Source: Monocercomonoides exilis PA203
Lineage: Eukaryota; Protista; Preaxostyla
Reading direction: 5' to 3'
Assembly: GCA_001643675.2 (NCBI GenBank)
Contig: LSRY02000016.1
Coordinates: 1,364,001-1,428,000 of the forward strand
Length of the DNA stretch: 64,000 nt
A program made the translations under genes and the position numbers. Below, one piece after another: positions 13,101 through 22,700 of the stretch. Every line of letters begins with the position of its first letter. The first letter of the stretch is position 1. A model generated the notes under the pieces. The model made no database searches, was not told the DNA's origin, and worked only from the letters and a program-made list of their open reading frames with translations.

Positions 13101-16100
13101 AGCAGAAGCCCGCTTTCAACGCTCAGGAGAGCCGAGTTGAAGGCAATGGGATGGATGCTGTTTGAAGGCACTTCAGATGCAAAAAGGACTGACGAAAGAC
13201 AAAGCTGCCCATTTGTCTCGCTGATGAATGTTCCTCCTGAAAACGAAAAGGAAGAGCCAACAGAGAACGACAAGCTCTCGATCCGGACTTTCTCCGAGGT
13301 TGTGATAATGCTGCTGCCATATGGGATTGTTGAGTTGAGGAACACCTGCGCCGGCGAAGGCGATTCAAGCGAGCGGATGGTGACATTCAGCACATTGCAT
13401 CTGCTCAAGATGGCAGTGCGGCTGGAGATCAGCAGCTGGGAGAACAATGACGGAATGATGTGCAGCAGCCCTTCGCTCAGCGTGCTGCATGGCCCATCCA
13501 GCCCTCCGCACTGCTTGCTGTCCTCGTGATTGTCCCCGGCCGAAGACACAAACACCGTCTCGCTCTGGTACTTCACAATTCTCTTCAGCAGATCTTCCTC
13601 GTCCAGATACATGTCTGAGGTGCATCCCCATATTGCGAGGTCTTTCACAAATGGGGCTCTGAAGTCCAGCAAAAACTGCCCATCTGCGATCTGTGCTTCT
13701 ATCGAGCGGCACTTCACATACACGTCTCTTCCCCGATATGCAGCATTGTCCTTGAACGTGATGTTCGACAGCACAAATGCTGCTGGCTCGGCAGCCGCAG
13801 ACGTGCATTCCAAAAACAAGCCTCCGCCCCTTCCAGTTGATGAGCAGAAGCAGTCGGTGATTGAAGAAAACAAGCAGTCAAAACGCCCTCCTTCGTTCAG
13901 TCTGAACAAGGCAGCCCCTCCATTTTTGCATCCAGAACCACCACATTTTTTGATTGTTGTGTTGCGGATGACCATTTTTGTTGGGTCGATGCCTGTGCTT
14001 CGGATCATTGCGATGTCGCCAGCTGCGCTCTGGGTCACTTCCTCAAGCGTGCTCCAGTCCACCACAACACTTTCATCGGCTTCAGCATTCGCATTCTCGT
14101 CTCCAGTTGAAGCCCTTGCAACGCACAATCCGCTTCCGCCTTCCAGATGGATGTTTTTCATTGTCAAGTTTCTGAATGCCAAGGATGCTGCAGATGCGAT
14201 TGATACGATGTCGCAGGAAAAGGAAAGCGACTGAATTGTCACAAATTCGAAAACAACACTTCCTGCATCCGCCTTAATCAAGCCAAAGTTAATCATGTCT
14301 TCTTCTCCGCTTTCTTCATTTTTTGCGAATGAACAGTCTTTCAGAGTCAACGATCCTTCGCTGGAGCCGACATGCATCAAACTGTTTACACTAGTGGCGA
14401 ATGAAGATGGCAGAACGAATCTTATCAATTCGAAATATGAGATGCCTAGAATATTCATCGCAGCTCCTTCTGATCCTTCAATAGAAGAGCGACACTCAAG
14501 AGAGCACATATCTGTGTTATCCGAACTTATTGAAATATCACCAAGATCAACACATTTTTTGAGAATTCCTTTTCCAATGATGTTAATATTCCTTTCATTT
14601 CCTTCAAGCAGCCGATCCAAAGAATAATCGATTGACAGGCAAGGATAATTTGAGAATCCACAGGCACCCATATCTCTTCCTTCGCTGCTAATAAATATCT
14701 CTGATCCAAATGTTCGCCAGAAATAGATCAGAGGAATGGCATTTGTTGTATCACTTCCATCAAAGCCGCTCAATGAATCCAACGAAATATCTGCCATGTG
14801 CTCGAGCACAAATGGAAGAGAGGCGTTGGTGATGCTCTTTGTCAAGTTGGATGATTCGACAAACAGGTCATTTCCGTATTTCGCAACATTTGGCTTGCTT
14901 GCATCAAAAACAGGGGATGATATTGTAAATGAAGAATCATTATCAACCAATGTCAGAGCCATCCCTCCCCCAAGCCCAATCTTCCCTCCTTCTTCTGGTG
15001 CTGTGCATCCTGTAAATGTGCATGAAATGATGTTCAATTGAGTGTTCCCTTTTATCCGAGCAAAAACAGCACCTCCTCTGCTTCCATCAGCCAGCACAGA
15101 GCATCCATCAAAAACATTCTCTTCGATATTAATTTGTGTTTTTGAATTTTCATCATTGCTATTATCGATGTCCACACAGCCTCCATTTCCAGTTGCTCTT
15201 TCTATTTCTGTAAAATGGCAATTCGTCATGTTCAACCACGGAGTGATTATTAATTCTGCTTCTGTGCTGCTTCCTGACAACGAGATCAATGGATGTTCTT
15301 TCAAAGTGATTGACGAAGCCGAGAATGAATTAATTGTTAGCATCCCCGAGTCAACAGACAAGAATACAAATGCCAGTTCTGGCAAAGGATTTTGAAGGGA
15401 AAGCGAACATTGAGACAAAGTCAGTGATGATGATGATGACGATGAAATAAAAGTGGAGTGTGAAAGAAAAGGAGGAAGAGAGAAGATAAGAGTTGACAAG
15501 ACTGTTTCGACTCCAACTGCCACTATTGCCGTATTTGCTCCTGCGGTGGTATCAGAAATTATCCATCCACTTTGATCGTCTTTTCCTCGGATTTCATGTT
15601 TCTGTTCACCAAATGCCAATTCATCGCTCATCATAATCATTCCGTTAACAACAATTTTCTTTGTTCCTGCAAGCCGAGTGAGGGAGTGCTTCAAGGTCAA
15701 ACAAGGGAATTGGACAATTCCGCAGTGCGAGTGATTGGACGCCTCAGTATTACTCACATAAATCTCGGATGGAGGAGAAAGAAGATAGATGCACAGAGGG
15801 ATGGCAACACTGTTGTTTCCACCATCATATCCTCTCACTTTGTCAACGGAATCCAATGAGGCTGTGACACATATGATTTTTTGTGACTTCGCGGTCACTT
15901 CCAAATTGGGTGAAATGGCAAAGATGTCATTTCCCCACTTGGCTGTGTTTGTGCCAAAGGAGGAAGAAATCAAGAAATCTGGGTTTTCAGTTAATAATTG
16001 AAGAAGGATTCCTCCGCCAAGTCCGTTGGATGCCGAGCAAAAGCAGCCATTAAACGACCCATCTTTCACATTCACTTCATTCGCTTCTCCTGCACACAGC

Positions 16101-16841
16101 ATTGTTGATCCTCCGTTCTCTGAACTTGTGCTCCCACACCCTTCAAATACACTTGAATTCAAATCAATGCTTGCCTTGCCATTGGATAACGATATCACTG
16201 CTGATCCGCTGGTTGTTCTTTCAATCCCAACAAAGTCACACTCCGAAAGTGTCAATGAAACAGCACTTGTTGAAGAAATCGAAAACAATGAAACAGTGGA
16301 GATGGTCTTTGCCCACTTCACATGATCCATGCCTATCCTCCCATTTTGGATGCAAACCATTTCTGTGGAATAAGCTGCACCAGATTGGGGTGCGCTTCCA
16401 GCTGATATGTTCAGCCTGCTCACATCCATTTCTCCCTCGCCTGATATTTCGAACAGCCTTGTTCTGCAATTGTTCTGGTGTGTTGGATCGTGCACAAGAG
16501 CAAGGTCACTGACAGACAATGTGCCTGCTGAGACCGAAAAAAGAGACAAGCCAGCTGTTTCAAATTCTGTTTGCATCGTTGTGCTCGAATCACTTTGCCC
16601 ACATATTGTGAATGCATTGACACCACAATCCACACTTTGTGTTTCGACAACTGTTCCTGCCAGTATTTCGATGTCTTTCACAACGCCTGGTATCATCTGT
16701 GTCAGGCAATGGCTGACTGTGTTGCAGGGATGGCTTTCATTGATTCCACATGCAAATGCATCTCTTGCATTCTCCTGAGCCTGCTTCGACCCCACATATC
16801 TGATCCTTCCTCCTTCATTCAGAAGCCATTCACTTCGATCA
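10188..16841 (-). repeat. Left arm of a 6.65-kb inverted duplication
   Basis: Reverse complement matches 21289-27951. Shadow ORFs in both arms are identical (e.g. the 404-aa ORFs at 12315-13529 and 24600-25814). Confidence 0.95.
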
Positions 16842-18406
16842 GTTATTGAAGTTGTGGCATAGTTTGTACTCACTCGTATTCCAGTTTGACGAGTTGATCG
16901 ACAAGATATGTCAATTGTATTTTCTTGTTGGGAAACCAATAGTACATCGCAACCACCACTAATGCCAACATTATTATGGAAAAAGCAAAAGAATAAGTTT
17001 TTTTCAGTGTATTGATTATTGACATGCAAACTCAGTCCACCTCCTCCATGCATGGCATAGTTATTAGCAAACAAACAATTGCTGATGAGAGGATAAATTG
17101 ACATTATCCAAATATGTACTCCTCCTCCAACAGGCGTTGATTTATTTGAAGTTGTGCAATTGACGAATGAGCAATCAATGACCTGATCCCCATTTATTTG
17201 ATTTTCTTTTCTGTCTATTGATAAGCCCCCTCCATCATTTCCAACATAACAATCTTTTAATGAGCTGTTTTCAAATATATATGTTGTTTGCGGATTGAAG
17301 ATGCAAATTGCACCTCCGGCTTCATTGAAAGATTGATCTGGGGCTTGACATTCTAGAAAGAAACAATGCTTGATTGAGATTTGTGAGATTGATTTCGCGT
17401 ATATTGCTCCTCCTCGTCCACTTAAAGCAGTGTCATTTCTGAAATAGCACAATGAAAGAGTCAGTGTTGAAGCGCTGTTTCCTGATATGCAAATGGCTCC
17501 TCCATCTGTTTCGGATGTGCAGTCAATCCATTCGCAATTGTTCATATTGATTGTGTTGGAGGTGTTAATTGTTGTTTGATTGTCGTAATTGATGAGTTTG
17601 TTGATGTTGTTCAAGAACGAAACGTTTCTGCACACCAACTCTTTTGATTTCTTCAAACCATTCATCACTGATCCATCCAATGCATTTTCACAAGCGAAAG
17701 CAACACAACTCTCCATCATGCTTTTCTCAATCATGGTGAACTGACCATCAGTTTTGCTTTTCTGAATTTGGTTATGAACGTTGGTGATATTGTTGAAAAT
17801 TGAATTTTCATATGAGAACAGATGACAACTTTCAATCTCAAACATTTTTCTTCCACAAAGTGCAATATTCTGAAAAATGGTCGAATCAATCAACAAAAAT
17901 GAAGTTTCACATTTCACACGTCCAATTGATTCGAAGCTTTCTTGAAGAAGATTGATATCAATTGAGAAATTGTGTGCAACGAATGATGAACTTTGGATGT
18001 TCAACAACGGGACAAATCTTGATGGTTTTGTGACTTGACACGAAGTGATACAAACATTTGAATTGTTGAATGCACAGATGAGATTCGAATGAATTATTTG
18101 TTCAAAGAGAATGTTACTTATGGCTGTTGAAGAATTCGAAATAGTCCATTTGCACAAAAGTGAAGTGAATCCATTTCTTCGAAATGAATATTGCTTTTCA
18201 AAGAAGCTATTTTTTGTTAAGAATTCATCTTTGTGGCTTTTGTGATAATTTAACAAGCAATTGCCTTTCTCTTTGAATGTGTCTTCAATTATCTGAATGT
18301 TGAAACATTGAGAAGAGTCATTTCCCACATAATTTTGATTGTTGCTTTTGATATTTGCAGTCTTTGACAATGCCAAAAGAAGGGCAAAATTGAACAAAAC
18401 AATCAT
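10607..18406 (-). CDS. Large type I membrane receptor, copy A (intact, 2599 aa): Pmp-like/pectin-lyase beta-helix ectodomain, single TM, degenerate TKL-like kinase domain
   Basis: Signal peptide MIVLFNFALLLALS; GGA(I/V) and FxxN motifs; four CG-x4/5-PC modules; TM YLLLIVIIMAVVLLIVLAVSIVFIV followed by RWKK; kinase subdomains VIII-XI (RWKAPE, FSIGMMLWE, IPF, GERP, ARP). Confidence 0.85.
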   Translation of the reverse strand: MIVLFNFALLLALSKTANIKSNNQNYVGNDSSQCFNIQIIEDTFKEKGNCLLNYHKSHKDEFLTKNSFFEKQYSFRRNGFTSLLCKWTISNSSTAISNILFEQIIHSNLICAFNNSNVCITSCQVTKPSRFVPLLNIQSSSFVAHNFSIDINLLQESFESIGRVKCETSFLLIDSTIFQNIALCGRKMFEIESCHLFSYENSIFNNITNVHNQIQKSKTDGQFTMIEKSMMESCVAFACENALDGSVMNGLKKSKELVCRNVSFLNNINKLINYDNQTTINTSNTINMNNCEWIDCTSETDGGAICISGNSASTLTLSLCYFRNDTALSGRGGAIYAKSISQISIKHCFFLECQAPDQSFNEAGGAICIFNPQTTYIFENSSLKDCYVGNDGGGLSIDRKENQINGDQVIDCSFVNCTTSNKSTPVGGGVHIWIMSIYPLISNCLFANNYAMHGGGGLSLHVNNQYTEKNLFFCFFHNNVGISGGCDVLLVSQQENTIDISCRSTRQTGIRVSTNYATTSITDRSEWLLNEGGRIRYVGSKQAQENARDAFACGINESHPCNTVSHCLTQMIPGVVKDIEILAGTVVETQSVDCGVNAFTICGQSDSSTTMQTEFETAGLSLFSVSAGTLSVSDLALVHDPTHQNNCRTRLFEISGEGEMDVSRLNISAGSAPQSGAAYSTEMVCIQNGRIGMDHVKWAKTISTVSLFSISSTSAVSLTLSECDFVGIERTTSGSAVISLSNGKASIDLNSSVFEGCGSTSSENGGSTMLCAGEANEVNVKDGSFNGCFCSASNGLGGGILLQLLTENPDFLISSSFGTNTAKWGNDIFAISPNLEVTAKSQKIICVTASLDSVDKVRGYDGGNNSVAIPLCIYLLSPPSEIYVSNTEASNHSHCGIVQFPCLTLKHSLTRLAGTKKIVVNGMIMMSDELAFGEQKHEIRGKDDQSGWIISDTTAGANTAIVAVGVETVLSTLIFSLPPFLSHSTFISSSSSSSLTLSQCSLSLQNPLPELAFVFLSVDSGMLTINSFSASSITLKEHPLISLSGSSTEAELIITPWLNMTNCHFTEIERATGNGGCVDIDNSNDENSKTQINIEENVFDGCSVLADGSRGGAVFARIKGNTQLNIISCTFTGCTAPEEGGKIGLGGGMALTLVDNDSSFTISSPVFDASKPNVAKYGNDLFVESSNLTKSITNASLPFVLEHMADISLDSLSGFDGSDTTNAIPLIYFWRTFGSEIFISSEGRDMGACGFSNYPCLSIDYSLDRLLEGNERNINIIGKGILKKCVDLGDISISSDNTDMCSLECRSSIEGSEGAAMNILGISYFELIRFVLPSSFATSVNSLMHVGSSEGSLTLKDCSFAKNEESGEEDMINFGLIKADAGSVVFEFVTIQSLSFSCDIVSIASAASLAFRNLTMKNIHLEGGSGLCVARASTGDENANAEADESVVVDWSTLEEVTQSAAGDIAMIRSTGIDPTKMVIRNTTIKKCGGSGCKNGGAALFRLNEGGRFDCLFSSITDCFCSSTGRGGGLFLECTSAAAEPAAFVLSNITFKDNAAYRGRDVYVKCRSIEAQIADGQFLLDFRAPFVKDLAIWGCTSDMYLDEEDLLKRIVKYQSETVFVSSAGDNHEDSKQCGGLDGPCSTLSEGLLHIIPSLFSQLLISSRTAILSRCNVLNVTIRSLESPSPAQVFLNSTIPYGSSIITTSEKVRIESLSFSVGSSFSFSGGTFISETNGQLCLSSVLFASEVPSNSIHPIAFNSALLSVESGLLLIDNCNTSEISFEQPVFRLTGSSKVSLAKVGVKQVELSSNLFEVGECESVVIDDAVVDGVKSRNGSVISVCEDMSGVVSFGSSSIRNFSRGSLGACFLSSTSPSARINLSNCSCSDCVSLSKKGSIVDVSRALDISMHMCEFVGRQAISSSEESVCKWNGSLIQLSRAAALMKDVTISNSSSGGLSLAAGNMTIEKGEFFDNSPSMQKYPSLRRNIFCCDSASLAIDSLKGGDGVKDNTSLWIMSEGCSLKGAAQERLSPFFIPHLESASLAESGSNADIKFIGSLFLPCDLSFKLIRTINDVELVERYPFDENSFASETEVVGTIPSAKLTSDSDGLELSTAIVFGRSSASTKSFILKNRSESEQKGGERLVEGGNEGKSYLLLIVIIMAVVLLIVLAVSIVFIVRWKKVKNEAEDLREIVNDNIRKDPKAFEMVTMEMSPEEQWRRAENEAEKKNDERIKKRVYEKSLGHSESSEHLLSESGSTEYILGKDSDKIPEWALEKDEEEEIRKRTPSPSISSTSTTSTTDSDSTFVRGEDLCPTTSSMSNLVDAMACSSPHEKLIVDLRDSLFMLLHGLNKTKEMAIGSLKEREQTAAQILFWVANLALHSFDEMENELSSLVNLSSHIVLFSEHMVICVALHSDCSSDSDTSSISSTSTMVTSSSDVSVKSERFTKSLPPSSAFEDEDDNRKECMRWKAPELLMNKKMGATKESVAFSIGMMLWECLTLNIPFGEYEAEVAGQKIVNGERPFMGIAEKNPFSGCILSCLDSNAPARPTLISLKREFIQRFPAGAAVLTMSDAIGYAYSSSNGSRHKASGAESKGSGSGSVL

Positions 18407-19742
18407 TGAAGAATTATGGTTCGAAAGAAAGTAATTTTTGTATTTTGTGATGTTTATTATTTCATTTATAAAGAAAATGCAATGATTCAATATTTTAACA
18501 TAAAAAAGCATTTGCTTTTCAAAATAAGCTTTTTTCTCACAAATTCTTTTTCTCGTTGGAGAAAAAATTCTCATTTTGCATTAAATTCTAAATTTCAATA
18601 AAATAAATTTATAAAATCAATTCTAAGAATCGAATAAATAACAGTGAAAGAATCAATTGTGTTTCGAAAATGTATCTCTATCTATTTTCTTTTCAAAAGA
18701 TCATCACAAAAATTACTCTCAAAAGAACTTTAACATGCGTTTGTAATTTCCATAAAAGCGAAAAATAGTGTGAATTGTTTATTCTTTAAAATTATACATA
18801 ATTGTTTTATTTTTGCGTTGCATGCATCAAATAATCTCTTTATAAATGGAATAATACCAAGCAAATGACGATTCAAGTGAAATTGGTAAGTTATCAAAAT
18901 CCAAAAATGTTATATTCGAAAGCTGACACTTCACTTTGATTAAAAACTTACAAATAAAAAAACTTTTGATAATTTTCAAAAAAAAAAAATATAACTTTTA
19001 AAAGTTCCCATAATTTAAATAATTGCATTTTGGAAAATTTTGGAAAATTTTGGAAAAATTCTTGTTGTTATTAAAAAAAAAAAAAAATCACTGTTTGTAC
19101 CAAACCATTCAAAATATATGCAACAATAAACATGAAAAATAATTAAATAGCAAGAAAAAATAAAAAATCATAAAATTTTGTCTAAAAAAAAATTGGTCAT
19201 GTGGATTGAATATGTGAATAAAATGAATATTCGAGATAAATGGAAATGAAATGTTATTTGGTTTGATTGAATTTTTTTTTGAATATTATTGAAATAAGTC
19301 GAAGCAATTTCATTTAAATCACTTCATGTTCAACAATTCGATTTGTGAAAATTTTTATTTCAAAAGTGCATTGATTTTTTTGCAATTTTTCACGTTACAA
19401 AAATTATTGTTGATTTCATGTTTTCCATTTGATTATCAAAACAAAAATGATATTCTTCTTCATTTTCATTTGAATTCCTTAAATATTTGTGTCAAACGAA
19501 ATTTTTGATATTCATGAATGTTATAAAATGAATGGAATAACACAAATATTGTTTAATTCCGAAAAAGGAATTACAAAATGAGTAATAATATGATTAAGAT
19601 TTTTCTTTATTTTATAATTTCGTTTAAAACTATTCCACTTTTTCTAGCAAAATTTTCGAAAAAGAATAATTTGCAACATCTTTTTTTAAAATAAACGGTT
19701 GGATCACAAGTCACACAACTGCCTCATTTTTTGTTACCATTT

Positions 19743-22700
19743 ATGCGATATTCTTTGTTGTTATTTCTTTTTTTTATTTTTCAAACAACTCAAAATGAAC
19801 AAAATTTGATTATCAAAAAGTTGAACAAAGAACTTGTGACGAGTAAAAACCAGTTTGCAAAATTCTCTTATCTGTAAATTCATTTCGTGTATTAATCATA
19901 ACACTTATTATCTTGTAGAAACACACATTACAAAAATCGTGAAGCTGTTAAAGTGCATCCGACTGTGAATGCATCTCTGAAAACAACATGCTCAATTGTG
20001 AATTCACTTTTTATCTCCTCGAACAGCTCTGTTGAAATGATTTCATTGGTGTTAAAGACATTCTGTTCTCCAGCCGTAACAATAGACAAACATTCTTCAG
20101 TGAAGTTCACAGACTGTGCTTTCTTAACTTCGTCATCTTCTTTGTTTGCGCTTCAAGGAGGGTCTCTTTGTTTGAATAATATTAGTATTGCACCTCAAGA
20201 AAATTCAAATATTCAAAGTCTTATAAAAACATCAAGTGAGAAATCCTCTCTTGCTCTGCAGAATTCTGTGTTTTCAGATCTTGTTGTTTCATCTCCGTCT
20301 CATTTTCTGTATTCGGAGTTGTGCCAAAGTGTGGAGGTTGGTGATTGTCACTTTTCCAATATCTCATTCAATTCTATAACAAAAGATAACCATAAAACAA
20401 AACACACTTGTTGTTCACAATTTGTGGATAATTGTGCTGTTATCTCAACCCCTTCCAACATTTTCTATTCTTGCTTTTCTGGTGATGAAGACTGTTCTCG
20501 AATGTGTTTATTCAGAAACAACTCATTTTCGTTTGTGACACGAGTTGATAATTATGAACTGAAAGAAAAAGTGAACACAACAGAAACTCAATCCTTCAAA
20601 CACTGTGAATGGATAGACTGCACGGAAGAAAAAGGAGGAGCAATATTTGTTCATGAGAATTCTGAAGCAACTTTAACAGTTGAAAATTCATCTTTCACGA
20701 GATGTCACGCTTCTGTCACAAGAGGTGGTGCAATTTATGCTTTCAACATTGCTGAATGTGTTGTTAAGTGTTCATCATTTTCTCAATGCACATGCGCAAT
20801 GTTAAAAAATGATGGTGGTGGTGGAGGAATAATGGCAGAGAATGTTCAAACTCAATCACTTGTTGATTGTTGTTCTTTCCAGATTTGTTCATCGGGAAAC
20901 GATGGAGGAGGAATTAATTTTCGTCAAGTAATGACAAAAAGGCAAAAACATTGCATCATAGATTCAATGTTTGCGTATTGTTGGGCAAATGGCACCTCAG
21001 ATGGAACTGGTGGAGCAATAGAACATTGGTTAGGAACAGACAAAGTCATAATTTCAAACTGCCTTTTTCTCCATTGCAGTTCAAAGTGTGGCGGGGGAGC
21101 AGTCTGCAGCCGATAAATGAAAATAACAACGGAATATTATTGTATTTCTGCTTTTTCCACGACAACACTTGCTTTAAAGGCGGACATGATATCGTTTTGT
21201 TCGATTCAACATCAAACAATATTGATATCAGCTGCTATTCAACAAGAACCACTTCTAATAGAGTTAGTACAAGTTATAATGAAATTATTGATCGAAGCGA
21301 ATGGCTTCTGAATGAAGGAGGAAGGATCAGATATGTGGGATCGAAGCAGACTCAGGAGAATGCAAGAGATGCATTTGCATGTGGCATCAATGAAAGCCAT
21401 CCCTGCAACACAGTCAGCCATTGCCTGACACAGATGATACCAGGCGTTGTGAAAGACATCGAAATACTGGCAGGAACAGTTGTCGAAACACAAAGTGTGG
21501 ATTGTGGTGTCAATGCATTCACAATATGTGGGCAAAGTGATTCGAGCACAACGATGCAAACAGAATTTGAAACAGCTGGCTTGTCTCTTTTTTCGGTCTC
21601 AGCAGGCACATTGTCTGTCAGTGACCTTGCTCTTGTGCACGATCCAACACACCAGAACAATTGCAGAACAAGGCTGTTCGAAATATCAGGCGAGGGAGAA
21701 ATGGATGTGAGCAGGCTGAACATATCAGCTGGAAGCGCACCCCAATCTGGTGCAGCTTATTCCACAGAAATGGTTTGCATCCAAAATGGGAGGATAGGCA
21801 TGGATCATGTGAAGTGGGCAAAGACCATCTCCACTGTTTCATTGTTTTCGATTTCTTCAACAAGTGCTGTTTCATTGACACTTTCGGAGTGTGACTTTGT
21901 TGGGATTGAAAGAACAACCAGCGGATCAGCAGTGATATCGTTATCCAATGGCAAGGCAAGCATTGATTTGAATTCAAGTGTATTTGAAGGGTGTGGGAGC
22001 ACAAGTTCAGAGAACGGAGGATCAACAATGCTGTGTGCAGGAGAAGCGAATGAAGTGAATGTGAAAGATGGGTCGTTTAATGGCTGCTTTTGCTCGGCAT
22101 CCAACGGACTTGGCGGAGGAATCCTTCTTCAATTATTAACTGAAAACCCAGATTTCTTGATTTCTTCCTCCTTTGGCACAAACACAGCCAAGTGGGGAAA
22201 TGACATCTTTGCCATTTCACCCAATTTGGAAGTGACCGCGAAGTCACAAAAAATCATATGTGTCACAGCCTCATTGGATTCCGTTGACAAAGTGAGAGGA
22301 TATGATGGTGGAAACAACAGTGTTGCCATCCCTCTGTGCATCTATCTTCTTTCTCCTCCATCCGAGATTTATGTGAGTAATACTGAGGCGTCCAATCACT
22401 CGCACTGCGGAATTGTCCAATTCCCTTGTTTGACCTTGAAGCACTCCCTCACTCGGCTTGCAGGAACAAAGAAAATTGTTGTTAACGGAATGATTATGAT
22501 GAGCGATGAATTGGCATTTGGTGAACAGAAACATGAAATCCGAGGAAAAGACGATCAAAGTGGATGGATAATTTCTGATACCACCGCAGGAGCAAATACG
22601 GCAATAGTGGCAGTTGGAGTCGAAACAGTCTTGTCAACTCTTATCTTCTCTCTTCCTCCTTTTCTTTCACACTCCACTTTTATTTCATCGTCATCATCAT

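Noticed and set aside
12315-14234. Long antisense ORFs (404 aa and 234 aa) and their mirror copies at 24018-25814
   Set aside because: Shadow frames of the receptor CDS; they recur only because the DNA is duplicated.
18407-18574. Extra 56 N-terminal codons of the 2655-aa ORF
   Set aside because: AT-rich, non-ATG start; the Met at 18406 directly precedes a signal peptide.
19028-19060. (TTTGGAAAAT)x3 tandem repeat in the spacer as a recombinase or switch site
   Set aside because: Too short and low in complexity, with no partner site at the arm boundaries.
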